Shown: positions 1-9,085, numbered from the stretch's first letter. The stretch: 61,353 nucleotides of DNA from Hyphomicrobiales bacterium (GCA_003164915.1 PLRT01000178.1:1-61353); one strand, 5' to 3'. A program made the numbers and translations. Notes: generated by a model not told the origin, from the letters alone.

Positions 1-57
1 GCGGCGGCGGCGGCGGCGCGCCAGGGGGCGGCGGCGCGCGCGGAGGCAGGCGCGTGA
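1..57 (+). CDS. 3' end of an upstream CDS (partial, product not identifiable)
   Basis: Frame 1 is open (AAAAAARQGAAARAEAGA) and ends at TGA 55-57, which overlaps the GTG start of the next gene (GTGA coupling). Confidence 0.45.
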   Translation, partial: AAAAAARQGAAARAEAGA

Positions 58-1001
58 AGCCCACGGCGCGCGCATTTCTGATTCTCGGCCTGACGCTCGC
101 GACGCCGGCCGCGGCTCAAACGCTGCCGTCGCCGTTCCCATCGCCGACCGCCGGGACGCAGCCCGACACCGCCTTCGCCGATTATCAGCGCGGCTATTTC
201 CTCACCGCCTTGCGCGACGCGATGAAGCGCGTCGCCGACAGTCCCAAGGACGCGGCGGCGATGACGCTGATCGGCGAGATCTATCAGGATGGCTACGCCG
301 TGCCGCGCAACCTGGCCGAGGCGGCGCGCTGGTATCGCGTCGCCAGCGGTCTCGGCGACCGCGAGGCGGCGTTCGCACTCGGCATGCTGCTGCTCAGCGG
401 CGCCGACGGCGTCCCTGCCGACCGCGCCGGCGCCAAGGCGCAGTTCGAGATCGCAGCCGCGAAAGGCCAGGCCGGCGCGCTCTACAATCTCGGGGTGATG
501 GCGCTCAAAGACAAAGGTCTCGACGGCTTTCCCGACTTCAAGACCGCCGCGGAAGAGTTTCACGCCGCAGCCGAGGCGGGCTACGAGGACGCCGCCTATT
601 CCTACGGCGTGCTGTTGCGCGAGGGCAAAGGCGTCCCGCTCGACATTGGCGAGAGCGCCCGCTGGCTGAAACGCGCCGCCGACGCGGGGGTGATCGCCGG
701 CCAGGTCGAATACGCGATCATGCTGTTCAACGGCGTCGGCGTCGCCAAGGACGAAGCGGCGGCGGCCAAGCTCCTGCTGCGCGCCGCGGCGCGCAACAAT
801 CCGATCGCCGAAAACCGCCTCGCCCATCTCTATGCGACCGGCCGCGGCGTGCCCAAGGACCTGGTCGAGGCGGCGACCTGGAACCGCTTCGCCAAGGCCG
901 CCGGCATCGACGACCCCGACCTCGACGCCGCCACCTCCGGCCTGACGCCGGAAGAGAACAAGCGGGTCGACGAACTGGTCAGACGGCAGGCGGCGTTCTG
1001 A
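54..1001 (+). CDS. Sel1-like repeat (SLR/TPR) exported protein
   Basis: N-terminal signal peptide (AFLILGLTLATPAAA); repeated A..LG.Y..G.GV..D...A..W...AA..G units. Confidence 0.9.
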   Translation: MKPTARAFLILGLTLATPAAAQTLPSPFPSPTAGTQPDTAFADYQRGYFLTALRDAMKRVADSPKDAAAMTLIGEIYQDGYAVPRNLAEAARWYRVASGLGDREAAFALGMLLLSGADGVPADRAGAKAQFEIAAAKGQAGALYNLGVMALKDKGLDGFPDFKTAAEEFHAAAEAGYEDAAYSYGVLLREGKGVPLDIGESARWLKRAADAGVIAGQVEYAIMLFNGVGVAKDEAAAAKLLLRAAARNNPIAENRLAHLYATGRGVPKDLVEAATWNRFAKAAGIDDPDLDAATSGLTPEENKRVDELVRRQAAF

Positions 1002-1502
1002 TCATTCGCCCCATCGCTTGCCTCTTCTCGCCTCGCCCAGCGCGCGGCCGAGGTCGCCGGCGAAGGCCGCCTTCTCGTTCGGGCCGAGGAAGGCCGCGAT
1101 CTCGATCCGGCGCCCGCCGCTGCGCAGCGCGAGCCCGTGGGCCGTCGGCCCGCTCTCGCCGCGCTCGAGCCGCACCCAGACCGGGTTGAAGCGCCATTCG
1201 CGCCGCGCGCCACGCGCGCTGACGCGTGCGAACTCGAGCTCGAAATAGGTGAGCCGGTAATCCTCGTAGGCGCGCGCGGCGCGGAAACTGGCGCGGAAGG
1301 CGAACCACAGCAGCAGCACGTCGAGGCCGAGGAAGCCGACGATCGGCCACGCCCCGGCAAGATAGAACGGCAAGCTGAAAAGCGCGCTGGCGACGAACGT
1401 GGCGACGAGCAGCCGGCGCGCCGCCGCCGGAGTGAACGAGCGGCGCGGACTGAGCCGCGCGGCGAAGATTGCGGAATCGCCGCGGTCTGGCTTCGCGTCC
1501 AT
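1002..1502 (-). CDS. DUF2244-type integral membrane protein
   Basis: F.A.L.P.RS N-terminus, two hydrophobic helices with GAWPIVGFLGLDV, and FL.P.EK..FA..L..AL C-terminus; divergent from nth, the usual rhizobial arrangement. Confidence 0.82.
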   Translation of the reverse strand: MDAKPDRGDSAIFAARLSPRRSFTPAAARRLLVATFVASALFSLPFYLAGAWPIVGFLGLDVLLLWFAFRASFRAARAYEDYRLTYFELEFARVSARGARREWRFNPVWVRLERGESGPTAHGLALRSGGRRIEIAAFLGPNEKAAFAGDLGRALGEARRGKRWGE

Positions 1503-1563
1503 GGCCGCTCTCCTCGCGACGCCGCCGCTTGGCGGCCCCGCCGACGCCGACTATAAGGCGCGC

Positions 1564-2259
1564 ATGGCGCGAGGCAATCCGGCCCCATCTCCTGCCCGCC
1601 GTCGCCCGGCGGGCGCGGCCAAGGCCGCCGAACGGGCGCGCGTCGAGGAAATTTTCGCCCGGCTCGCCGCAGCCAATCCCGAACCCAAGAGCGAGCTCGA
1701 ATACGCCAACCCGTTCACCCTGCTGGTCGCAGTCGTGCTGTCGGCCCAGGCGACCGACGCTGGCGTCAACAAAGCGACGCGCGCCCTGTTCGCCCTCGCC
1801 GACACGCCGGCCAGAATGGCGGCGCTGGGCGAAGCGGCGCTCGCCGAAAAGATCAGGACGATCGGCCTCTACCGCACCAAGGCGAAGAACGTCGTCGCTT
1901 TGTCGCAGGCGCTGATCCACGACTACGGCGGCGAGGTTCCAGACGACCGCGAGGCGCTCGAGGCGCTGCCCGGGGTCGGCCGCAAGACCGCAAATGTCGT
2001 GCTCAACGTCGCCTTCGGCGAGCCGACGCTCGCCGTCGACACCCATGTCTTCCGCGTCGCCAACCGCATCCCGCTCGCCAAGGGCAGCACGCCGCGCGCG
2101 GTCGAGGACGGGCTGGTGAAGATCATCCCGGCGCGCTTCATGCGCCACGCCCACCACTGGCTGATCCTGCACGGCCGCTACGTCTGCAAGGCGCGCGCGC
2201 CATCCTGCGCGCGCTGCGTCATTGCCGACCTCTGCCGCTACGAGGACAAGACGGTCTAA
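1564..2259 (+). CDS. nth: Endonuclease III (HhH-GPD, 4Fe-4S DNA glycosylase/AP lyase)
   Basis: LLVAVVLSAQATD, HhH LPGVGRKTANVV, VDTHVFR, and C-x6-C-x2-C-x5-C (CKARAPSCARCVIADLC). Start placed at ATG 1564. Confidence 0.96.
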   Translation: MARGNPAPSPARRRPAGAAKAAERARVEEIFARLAAANPEPKSELEYANPFTLLVAVVLSAQATDAGVNKATRALFALADTPARMAALGEAALAEKIRTIGLYRTKAKNVVALSQALIHDYGGEVPDDREALEALPGVGRKTANVVLNVAFGEPTLAVDTHVFRVANRIPLAKGSTPRAVEDGLVKIIPARFMRHAHHWLILHGRYVCKARAPSCARCVIADLCRYEDKTV

Positions 2260-2268
2260 AGCGACGCC

Positions 2269-3795
2269 TCAGGCGACGGCCGTTCCGGTGGTGACGTAAA
2301 TCGACACGTTGTCGGCGGCGAGCTGTTTGAGCGTGTCGGTGAAGCTCATCTGCAGCGAGCCGGAATAGGCGGAGTTCCAAGGGTTCTGGATCGAGATCGC
2401 GCCGGCGGAGGTGACCCCGGTGACGATGAACATGTGGTCGCCGACCAGATTGCCGTTGTCGGCGGTGGGCGTCGACAGGATGATGTCGTCGCCGGCGGCG
2501 AAATCGGCGGCAAGAATCGACGCCAGCGAATTGAGCGAAGACGTCGATTCGCTCGGGCTGAGATTGTAGGTGTTGAACGTTTGGTCGGTGATCTCGGAGA
2601 GCGTGATCGCCGTCCCGCCATTGACGTCTTCGTACGCGTTTCCGGTCGTATGTCCGCCGTAGCTCGCCGCGGAGGTCTGTTCGTTGAGCTCGACGAAAGC
2701 CTTCTCGACCAGCGCCACCCAATCGTCGAGCGTGCCGTTGGCGAATTCCTGAGTCGAACCGTTGGCCCATTGGTAGCCGCCGCTCATGTACGGCAGTTCC
2801 CCGTTGACGGTGACGTAGTCGGGCTGTCCGTTGACGTAGAACAGCACCGAATAGGTGCCGTTGCCGTTGTCGGTGATCATGTTCTCGATGGCGCTCGGAT
2901 CCTGTAGCGCCACTTCGCCGAGCGCGGCGACGAAGTAGCAGTCGCCGAGATAGCCCTGGTTGACGTCGAGATAGCTCGGCGCGTTGGTGTTGGGGTTGAA
3001 CAGCGGCAGCGCCGAGGTTTGGTAGGTCGGATTGTAGTTCGACTCGCCGATCGCAGAGACGCTGAGGCTCGGCAGGTCGGTTCCCAGGAACCATTTGTCG
3101 ATCAGATCGTCGACCTGGGTCTGGGTCGAGGTCGCGCTGAGGTTGCCGAGCTTCGTCGCCGTCGACGAGCCGCCGTTCCAAGAGGCGTTGGCCGAATTGC
3201 CGTTGATCACGTCGTCGGCGATCTGCTGAACATAGGCCGAGGTCGAGAGGCCGCCCGACTGGTTGAGCATCGAGGCGAGCGACTGCAGCGCGCTGAACTT
3301 GGTCGCCGTCATGCCGCCGACCGCGGCTTGGTTCAGGATAGCCAGCATGTTGTTGTAGGTCAGCGAACCGCTGTAGGTTGGCGAACCGCTCGCCGTGATG
3401 AGCGCCGCGGCTGCCGTAGCGGTGAAGCCGAGCTCCTCAAGCAGCGAGACGGGGGTTGTCGGGCTCGACGGAGCGGTCGTCGTCTCCTTGGTCGAATAGG
3501 CGGAGGACCAAGTCTTGCCGTCGTAGGCCTTGATTTCGACCGTGTCCGTTCCGGCGCTCGATCCGGCGACATAGACCAATTGCGCGAACTGCGCGGCGGT
3601 CAGCGTGTGCCAGGCGCCGTCGGACAGCGCGACGCCGTTGAGCATGAAATAACCGCCGTCTGCGCCGCTGTCGTAGACCGAGTACTCGGTGATTGAGCGT
3701 TTCGCGCTGTCGGTGACCGATTTGACGAACGACGAGGCGGAGATCGATTGGCTTTCCGTAAGCGTCTTAGGATTGAGGGTCAGTGTAATCGTCAT
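2269..3795 (-). CDS. Calpain-like C2-family cysteine protease, Ser/Thr-rich, probable T1SS substrate
   Basis: QGYLGDCYFVAAL (Cys codon 2938-2940), WVALVEKAF, GDHMFIVTG (His 2434-2436), IQNPW (Asn 2383-2385); no Sec signal peptide; N-terminal beta-rich module ending AYDGKTWS. Confidence 0.88.
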   Translation of the reverse strand: MTITLTLNPKTLTESQSISASSFVKSVTDSAKRSITEYSVYDSGADGGYFMLNGVALSDGAWHTLTAAQFAQLVYVAGSSAGTDTVEIKAYDGKTWSSAYSTKETTTAPSSPTTPVSLLEELGFTATAAAALITASGSPTYSGSLTYNNMLAILNQAAVGGMTATKFSALQSLASMLNQSGGLSTSAYVQQIADDVINGNSANASWNGGSSTATKLGNLSATSTQTQVDDLIDKWFLGTDLPSLSVSAIGESNYNPTYQTSALPLFNPNTNAPSYLDVNQGYLGDCYFVAALGEVALQDPSAIENMITDNGNGTYSVLFYVNGQPDYVTVNGELPYMSGGYQWANGSTQEFANGTLDDWVALVEKAFVELNEQTSAASYGGHTTGNAYEDVNGGTAITLSEITDQTFNTYNLSPSESTSSLNSLASILAADFAAGDDIILSTPTADNGNLVGDHMFIVTGVTSAGAISIQNPWNSAYSGSLQMSFTDTLKQLAADNVSIYVTTGTAVA

Positions 3796-3953
3796 CGCCG
3801 CACCGCTGTCAGACTTGGAGGGATCGATAGCGCCTGCGACCGCCCCTTCCCGTCCACTCCCTGGCGGCGCAAGCGCGCACCCCTCGGCGAACGTGAATCC
3901 GGTTCAGTCGCAGGCTAGCTTATTGAGTCTTTATTGAAAAGAGATTGGCGCGG

Positions 3954-3976
3954 TTCATTAAAACTTTCTGAATGAA
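3954..3976. promoter_or_regulatory. Inverted repeat / CtrA-like box in the divergent protease-T1SS promoter region
   Basis: TTCATT-N11-AATGAA, overlapping TTAA-N7-TGAA (3958-3972), in an AT-rich intergenic stretch. Confidence 0.3.
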
Positions 3977-4075
3977 TTGGCCGCCGCGAGCCGCTTGCCC
4001 AGGCATTGGAAAGGACTTAGCAATAACTCGTGGGCAACGTTAACGACAGGCGCCGTTCTCGCGCTCCGTCGATCG

Positions 4076-6379
4076 ATGCCCGATGATCCGTTCTCCTTCG
4101 ATTCTGGCCCCGCCATGCGCGCCGCACTCAGGCTGAACGATCCGCCCGCGCAGCCGACGCCGGAGGCGGCGACCGACGCTCCGAAGACGGCGGACCCGGC
4201 GGCTGCCGGACCGGCGCCGGCCGGCGCGTCGTCGCCGCTCGCCGCGCCTTCGGATTCCGGCCTCATTGCCCTGTCGATGGTTGCCGGCTTCTACCGCATC
4301 GCCGCTGACCCCGGCCAATTGCGCCACGAGCTGGCGCTCGGACCTCATGCGGCGGGGCCGGAAGACCTCGTGCGCGCCGCCAAGCGGCTGAAGCTCAAGG
4401 CCAGGCTGCTGACCGGGAAACGCGCCAAGCGCCTCGACGCCGCGCCCTATCCGGCGCTGATCGCGCTCGCGGCGGGCGGCTTCGCCATCCTCGCCGCCGC
4501 ACCGGTCAAGGGATCCGTCAGGCTGATCGATCCGTTGGCGAGAACCGCGCGCGATCTGCCGCTGGCCGAGGCGGCGACGCTGACCGGCGACGCGATCGTG
4601 CTCATCGCGCGGCGCTTCGCCGGCGCCGGCGCCGATCCGGTCGCCTTCAGCTTCCGCTGGTTCCTCCCTTCGATCGTGCGCTATCGCAAGCCGCTCGCCG
4701 AGGTCGTGGTCGCCTCGCTGTTCGTCCAGGCCTTCGCGCTGCTGACGCCGCTGTTCTTCCAGCTCATCGTCGACAAGGCGCTGGTCCACAAGAGCTACGC
4801 GACGTTGACGGTCATCGTCGTGGGCATGCTGGTCGTCGGCCTGTTCGATTCGCTGCTTCAGTTTCTGCGCGCCTATACGCTCTCCCACACCACCAACCGG
4901 ATCGACGTCGAGCTCGGCCGGCGGCTGTTCCACCACCTCTTCCGCCTGCCGCTCGCCTATTTCGAGACGCGGGCCGCCGGCCAGACGGTGGCGCGGGTGC
5001 GCGAGCTCGAGACGATCCGCAGCTTCTTGACCGGCCAGGGCCTGACGTCGCTGCTCGATCTCGTCTTCACCGTCGTCTTCTTCGCGGTGATGTTCCTCTA
5101 TTCGGCCGAGCTGACGCTGGTCGTGCTCGCTTCGATTCCGATCTATATCGGAGTCGCCGCGGCGATCCGGCCGCCCTTGCGCGACAAGATCAACGAGAAG
5201 TTCGACGCCGGCGCGCGCTCGCAGCAGTTCCTGGTCGAGTCGATCGTCGGCGCGCAGACGCTGAAGGCGGCCAGCGTCGAGCCGATGATGCAGGCGCAAT
5301 GGGAAGAGCGGCTCGCCGCCTATGTCCGCTCGTCGTTCGAGGCAGGCGTGCTCGGGTCGGTCGGCCAGAATCTCATCCAGTTCGTCTCCAAATCGACGAC
5401 CGCGCTGATTCTCCTGATCGGCGCCGAGGCGGTGATCGCCGGCGAGATGACGATCGGCGAGCTGATCGCCTTCAACATGATCGCTGGCCAGGTGGTGCAG
5501 CCGATCCTGCGCCTGTCGCAATTGTGGCAGGACTTCCAGCAGGTGCAGGTCTCGGTCGCACGGCTCGGCGACATCCTCAACGCCGCGCCGGAGCCGGTCC
5601 CGCGCAACCTCCTGACCCTGCCGCCGCCCGCCGGCGCGATCGAACTGCGCGGCGTGTCGCTGCGCTACCGACCCGACGCGCCCGACGCCCTGCGCAACGT
5701 CTCGCTGGCGATCGCGCCAGGCGAAGTGGTCGGAATCGTCGGCGCCTCGGGCTCGGGCAAATCGACGCTGACCAAGGCGATCCAGCGGCTCTACAGCCCG
5801 CACGCCGGCCAGGTGATGCTCGACGGCGTCGATGTCGCCCAGCTCGATCCCGGCTGGCTGCGCCGCCAAATCGGCGTCGTGCTGCAGGAGAACGTGCTGT
5901 TCAACCGCACCATCCACGAGAACATCGCGCTCGCCGATCCCGCCGCGCCGCGCGGGCTGGTGATGCAGGCGGCGCGGCTCGCCGGCGCCGATGAGTTCAT
6001 CGCCCAATTGCCGCAGGGCTACGACACGGTGATCGAGGAGCGCGGCGCCAATCTCTCCGGCGGCCAGCGCCAGCGCGTCGCCATCGCCCGTGCGCTGGTC
6101 ACCAACCCGCGCATCCTCATTCTCGACGAGGCGACCTCGGCGCTCGACTACGAGAGCGAGCGGATCATCCAGCGCAACATGCGCTCGATCGTGCGCGGCC
6201 GCACCGTCATCGTGATCGCCCACCGCTTGGCGGCGGTGCGAGACTGCGATCGCATCGTCGGCATGAGCCGCGGCGAGATCGTCGAAGCCGGAACGCACGA
6301 GCAATTGCTCGCCCGTCCCGGCGGGCTCTACGCGCGGTTGTGGGCGCTGCAGTCCGACTCCGATCGGAGCCCCCGATGA
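4076..6379 (+). CDS. hlyB: Type I secretion ABC transporter, HlyB family, with catalytically inactive C39-like domain
   Basis: DSGLIAL (Cys-less C39-like domain), ABC TM region HTTNRIDVELG..LF.HL..LPL.YFE, Walker A GASGSGKS, LSGGQRQR, ILILDEATSALD. Confidence 0.93.
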   Translation: MPDDPFSFDSGPAMRAALRLNDPPAQPTPEAATDAPKTADPAAAGPAPAGASSPLAAPSDSGLIALSMVAGFYRIAADPGQLRHELALGPHAAGPEDLVRAAKRLKLKARLLTGKRAKRLDAAPYPALIALAAGGFAILAAAPVKGSVRLIDPLARTARDLPLAEAATLTGDAIVLIARRFAGAGADPVAFSFRWFLPSIVRYRKPLAEVVVASLFVQAFALLTPLFFQLIVDKALVHKSYATLTVIVVGMLVVGLFDSLLQFLRAYTLSHTTNRIDVELGRRLFHHLFRLPLAYFETRAAGQTVARVRELETIRSFLTGQGLTSLLDLVFTVVFFAVMFLYSAELTLVVLASIPIYIGVAAAIRPPLRDKINEKFDAGARSQQFLVESIVGAQTLKAASVEPMMQAQWEERLAAYVRSSFEAGVLGSVGQNLIQFVSKSTTALILLIGAEAVIAGEMTIGELIAFNMIAGQVVQPILRLSQLWQDFQQVQVSVARLGDILNAAPEPVPRNLLTLPPPAGAIELRGVSLRYRPDAPDALRNVSLAIAPGEVVGIVGASGSGKSTLTKAIQRLYSPHAGQVMLDGVDVAQLDPGWLRRQIGVVLQENVLFNRTIHENIALADPAAPRGLVMQAARLAGADEFIAQLPQGYDTVIEERGANLSGGQRQRVAIARALVTNPRILILDEATSALDYESERIIQRNMRSIVRGRTVIVIAHRLAAVRDCDRIVGMSRGEIVEAGTHEQLLARPGGLYARLWALQSDSDRSPR

Positions 6380-7872
6380 GCGGCGTGCGCGCTTCCGCCG
6401 GCCGCCGCGGCCTCTCGCCTGTCTCGCGCGACAATCGCGAATTCCTGCCCGCGGCGCTGGAGATCCTCGAGACGCCGCCGGCGCCGTTGCCGGTCGCCAC
6501 GATGCTGACGATCTGCGCGGTGTTCGCCGCGGCCTTCGCCTGGTCGTTCTTCGGCCGGCTCGATGTCAACGCGGTCGCGCCGGGCAAACTCGAGTCGACC
6601 GGGCGGGTCAAGGTCATCCAGGCGCTCGATCCCGGCAAGATCGCCGCGATTCGGGTCGAGAACGGTCAGGCGGTCAGGGCGGGCGACCTGCTGCTCGAAC
6701 TCGATCCGGCGGAAGCCGCCGCCGACGAAGCTGCGGCGCGCGAAGCGTTGCAGGCGAGCCTCGGCGAGATCGCGCGCCGCCGCCTGGCGATCGACGCGGC
6801 GCGCGCGGCGCAGCGCGAGGCTGCCGCGGATGGCGCGCAGCTGCCGGCGCTCGACGCGCTCGCCGCCAATCCGCAGGGCAGGATCGCCTGGAGCGAGCCG
6901 CTGCCCGCCGGCGTGCAGACGCGCGAGGAGGCGGTGTTGTCGGCCGACCTCAGCCAGCTCGCCGACGCCTTGCGCGCGCTCGACAAGCAGATCGCCCAGA
7001 AGCAGGCGACGCTGCAGCGGCTGCAAATGAGCATCGGCTTCCAGGCGGCGCTGATCGACACGCTCAACCAGCGCGTCGCCACCCGCCAGCAGGCGATCGA
7101 CCTCAAGGTCGGCACCAAGATCAATCTCTACGACGCCAAGGAAGAGCTGCAGCGTTCGCAGTCGCAGCTCGCCTCCGACCAGGGTCAGCTGATCGAAACC
7201 GACGCCGCGATCGGCGAATTGGCCAGCGAGAAGACCAAGGCGCTGTCGCAGTTCATCGCCGATAACGAGAACAAGGTCGAAGACGCGTCGCGCAAGGCCG
7301 ACGAAGCGCGCGAGTCGCTCGCCAAGGCGTCCTCCCGGCTCGCCAGCACCAAGCTCTACGCGCCGATCGGTGGAATCGTCCAGCAACTGTCGGTGACGAC
7401 CTACGGCCAGGTGGTCAGCGCCGGCCAGCAACTGGCGACGGTGACGCCGACCGACGGCGCGCTGCAGGTCGAGGCGCTGGTCGCCAATACGGACATCGGC
7501 TTCGTCCGCGTCGGCCAGGAGGTCGCGGTCAAGCTCGACGCCTTCCCCTTCACCCGCTTCGGCGCGCTGCGCGGCAAGGTCGTGGCGATCGCCGCCGCGG
7601 CGGTCGACGAACAGCAGGCCAAGCGCTCGCTCGCCAATGCGACGACGCCGGGCAACACGCCGGATTCGACCTCCCCCGGCCAGGCGCCGAGCTTCGTCTT
7701 CCCCGTCACCGTGGCGATCGACACAGCCGCGATGCGGGTCGACGGCGCCGTCATTCCGCTGACGCCCGGGATGACCGCGACCGTCGACATCAAGACCGAA
7801 AGCCGGCGGGTGATCGACTATCTGCTGTCGCCGCTCGCCAAGACGGTGTCGGAGGCGATGACCGAGCGCTGA
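6376..7872 (+). CDS. hlyD: Type I secretion membrane fusion protein, HlyD family
   Basis: EFLPAALEILETPP, single TM helix, long coiled coil, KLDAFPFTRFG, LTPGMTATVDIKT..RRVIDYLLSPL; ATGA overlap with hlyB. Confidence 0.93.
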   Translation: MSGVRASAGRRGLSPVSRDNREFLPAALEILETPPAPLPVATMLTICAVFAAAFAWSFFGRLDVNAVAPGKLESTGRVKVIQALDPGKIAAIRVENGQAVRAGDLLLELDPAEAAADEAAAREALQASLGEIARRRLAIDAARAAQREAAADGAQLPALDALAANPQGRIAWSEPLPAGVQTREEAVLSADLSQLADALRALDKQIAQKQATLQRLQMSIGFQAALIDTLNQRVATRQQAIDLKVGTKINLYDAKEELQRSQSQLASDQGQLIETDAAIGELASEKTKALSQFIADNENKVEDASRKADEARESLAKASSRLASTKLYAPIGGIVQQLSVTTYGQVVSAGQQLATVTPTDGALQVEALVANTDIGFVRVGQEVAVKLDAFPFTRFGALRGKVVAIAAAAVDEQQAKRSLANATTPGNTPDSTSPGQAPSFVFPVTVAIDTAAMRVDGAVIPLTPGMTATVDIKTESRRVIDYLLSPLAKTVSEAMTER

Positions 7873-7911
7873 CCGCGCGTCGGGCCTCCGGTCATCTGTG
7901 CGAGAGAGGAA

Positions 7912-7988
7912 TGGTACCGCCACCCCGGATCGAACGGGGGACCTCTAGATCCACAATCTAGCGCTCTAACCAGCTGAGCTATGGCGGC
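7912..7988 (-). tRNA. tRNA-His (GUG)
   Basis: Reverse strand reads GCCGCCA TA GCTC AGCTGGTTA GAGC G CTAGA TTGTGGA TCTAG AGGTC CCCCG TTCGATC CGGGG TGGCGGT A CCA: complete cloverleaf, anticodon GTG, encoded CCA. Confidence 0.98.
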
Positions 7989-7999
7989 GACGGCGGCGG

Positions 8000-8028
8000 A
8001 ACCTAGTGTCAAAACGCGGCGCTTGCAA
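8000..8028 (-). promoter_or_regulatory. Sigma70-type promoter of tRNA-His
   Basis: Minus strand TTGCAA-17 nt-TAGGTT, 11 nt upstream of the mature tRNA 5' end. Confidence 0.6.
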
Positions 8029-8092
8029 GCCGCCCGGCGGCGGCCCGCCGCGCCTTGTCGCCAGCCTCGCCGAGCGCGGCGGAGCCTCCGCC

Positions 8093-8599
8093 TCAGCCGG
8101 CGATCTTGAAGCCCTTGGCGAACTGCGCCTGGATCGGCTCGAGCGAGTCGACGGCCGCCTTGTGCGTCAGTTCGCCGAGCGTCTTGGCCTGATCGGCGAC
8201 GGCGTCGAGCCGGGCGCGGACGAATTCGCCCTGCAGCGCGAAATAGTCGGCGAAGCCGCCGACGCCGAACGCCGATTTGACGAAGCCGAAGTTGGCTTCG
8301 ACGTTCTCGGTCAGCGAATCGAGCGCCTTGGCGTTGATCGCAACCAGCCCGGCGCGGGCGGCCGCATAGCTCGTCTCGAGCGCCTCGACCGTCTCCGAAG
8401 CGGCGACCTTGGCTTTGACGAAGGCCGAGCGGGTCTCGCCGAGGCCCTTCTCAGCCGCGGCCCGGAGAGGGGCCTGCAAGGCGCCGAGCGCGGCGGCCGG
8501 AGCGGCGGCGATTTGCGGCGCAGCGGCCGGCGGGGCGGCGACGACCGACGCGTCGACCGGCGCAGCGGAAAGAGCGGTCTTCTTCGGAGCGGTGGCCAT
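8093..8599 (-). CDS. Phasin (PHA granule-associated protein) with Ala/Pro-rich N-terminus
   Basis: LRAAAEKGL.E.R.AF.KAK...LETSY, NVEANFGF, FALQGEFVR..LDA..DQAK.LGEL pattern. Confidence 0.8.
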   Translation of the reverse strand: MATAPKKTALSAAPVDASVVAAPPAAAPQIAAAPAAALGALQAPLRAAAEKGLGETRSAFVKAKVAASETVEALETSYAAARAGLVAINAKALDSLTENVEANFGFVKSAFGVGGFADYFALQGEFVRARLDAVADQAKTLGELTHKAAVDSLEPIQAQFAKGFKIAG

Positions 8600-8655
8600 T
8601 TTCGCGGTCCCCCAATTGGTTGTCGACGGCCGAGGCAGCGCCGGCGGCGCGCCGG

Positions 8656-9021
8656 TCACTTCGCGCCGGGCGTCGCATTCTTCTGGATCTGGGCGCCGAT
8701 CTCCCTGGCCTGGGACTGAAGGCTGGCGAGCTGGGTCTTGAGGAATTCGCTCTGCAAGGCGAATGCTTCCTGGGGATCCTTGGCCTGAACCAGCTTGTGG
8801 GCGAGCTCGAGCGCGGCGTTGACGTTCTGCTCGGTGAAGCTCAGCGCCTGCGCGCCAACCGACTTGGCGTTCTGCTGCGCCGCCTCGGCGGCGTTGTCGG
8901 CCGCGCCGATCGCTTTCTGGGCGACGGAAACGAAGCCTTCGAAGGCCTTGCGCGCCTGGTCGACGCTGCGCTCGGCGAAATCGCGCAGCTCGTTGGGGAT
9001 CTCGAACGGGGGGTTGGGCAT
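8656..9021 (-). CDS. phaP: Phasin (PhaP-like)
   Basis: MPNPPFEIPNELRDFAERSVDQARKAFEGF...EQNVNAALELAHKLVQAKDPQEAFALQSEFLKTQ; this is the C-terminal 121 aa of track ORF 8656..11058. Confidence 0.9.
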   Translation of the reverse strand: MPNPPFEIPNELRDFAERSVDQARKAFEGFVSVAQKAIGAADNAAEAAQQNAKSVGAQALSFTEQNVNAALELAHKLVQAKDPQEAFALQSEFLKTQLASLQSQAREIGAQIQKNATPGAK

Positions 9022-9085
9022 GATCGGTCTCGCTTGGCGGCCGTCAGCACGGCCGATTGAGTCAGCGGCCTTATAAACGAGCTTT

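Noticed and set aside
1-57. GCG trinucleotide repeat as a microsatellite, or naming the partial gene thiE
   Set aside because: It is a poly-Ala coding tail, and 18 codons are not enough to identify the gene.
2260-2300. attL/attR duplication of the tRNA-His 3' end
   Set aside because: No copy of TGGTACCGCCACC was noticed at the far end of the cassette, and no integrase is present.
4240-4330. hlyB as a bacteriocin-processing peptidase transporter (PCAT)
   Set aside because: The C39-like domain reads DSGL with no catalytic Cys, and no double-glycine leader peptide gene was seen nearby.
4040-6304. Long antisense and alternate-frame ORFs (for example 4040..6304 -, 52575..55178 -, 58494..60335 -, 60332..61219 -)
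   Set aside because: These are shadows of real genes caused by high GC and few stop codons; they are Arg/Gly/Ala-rich and carry no motifs.
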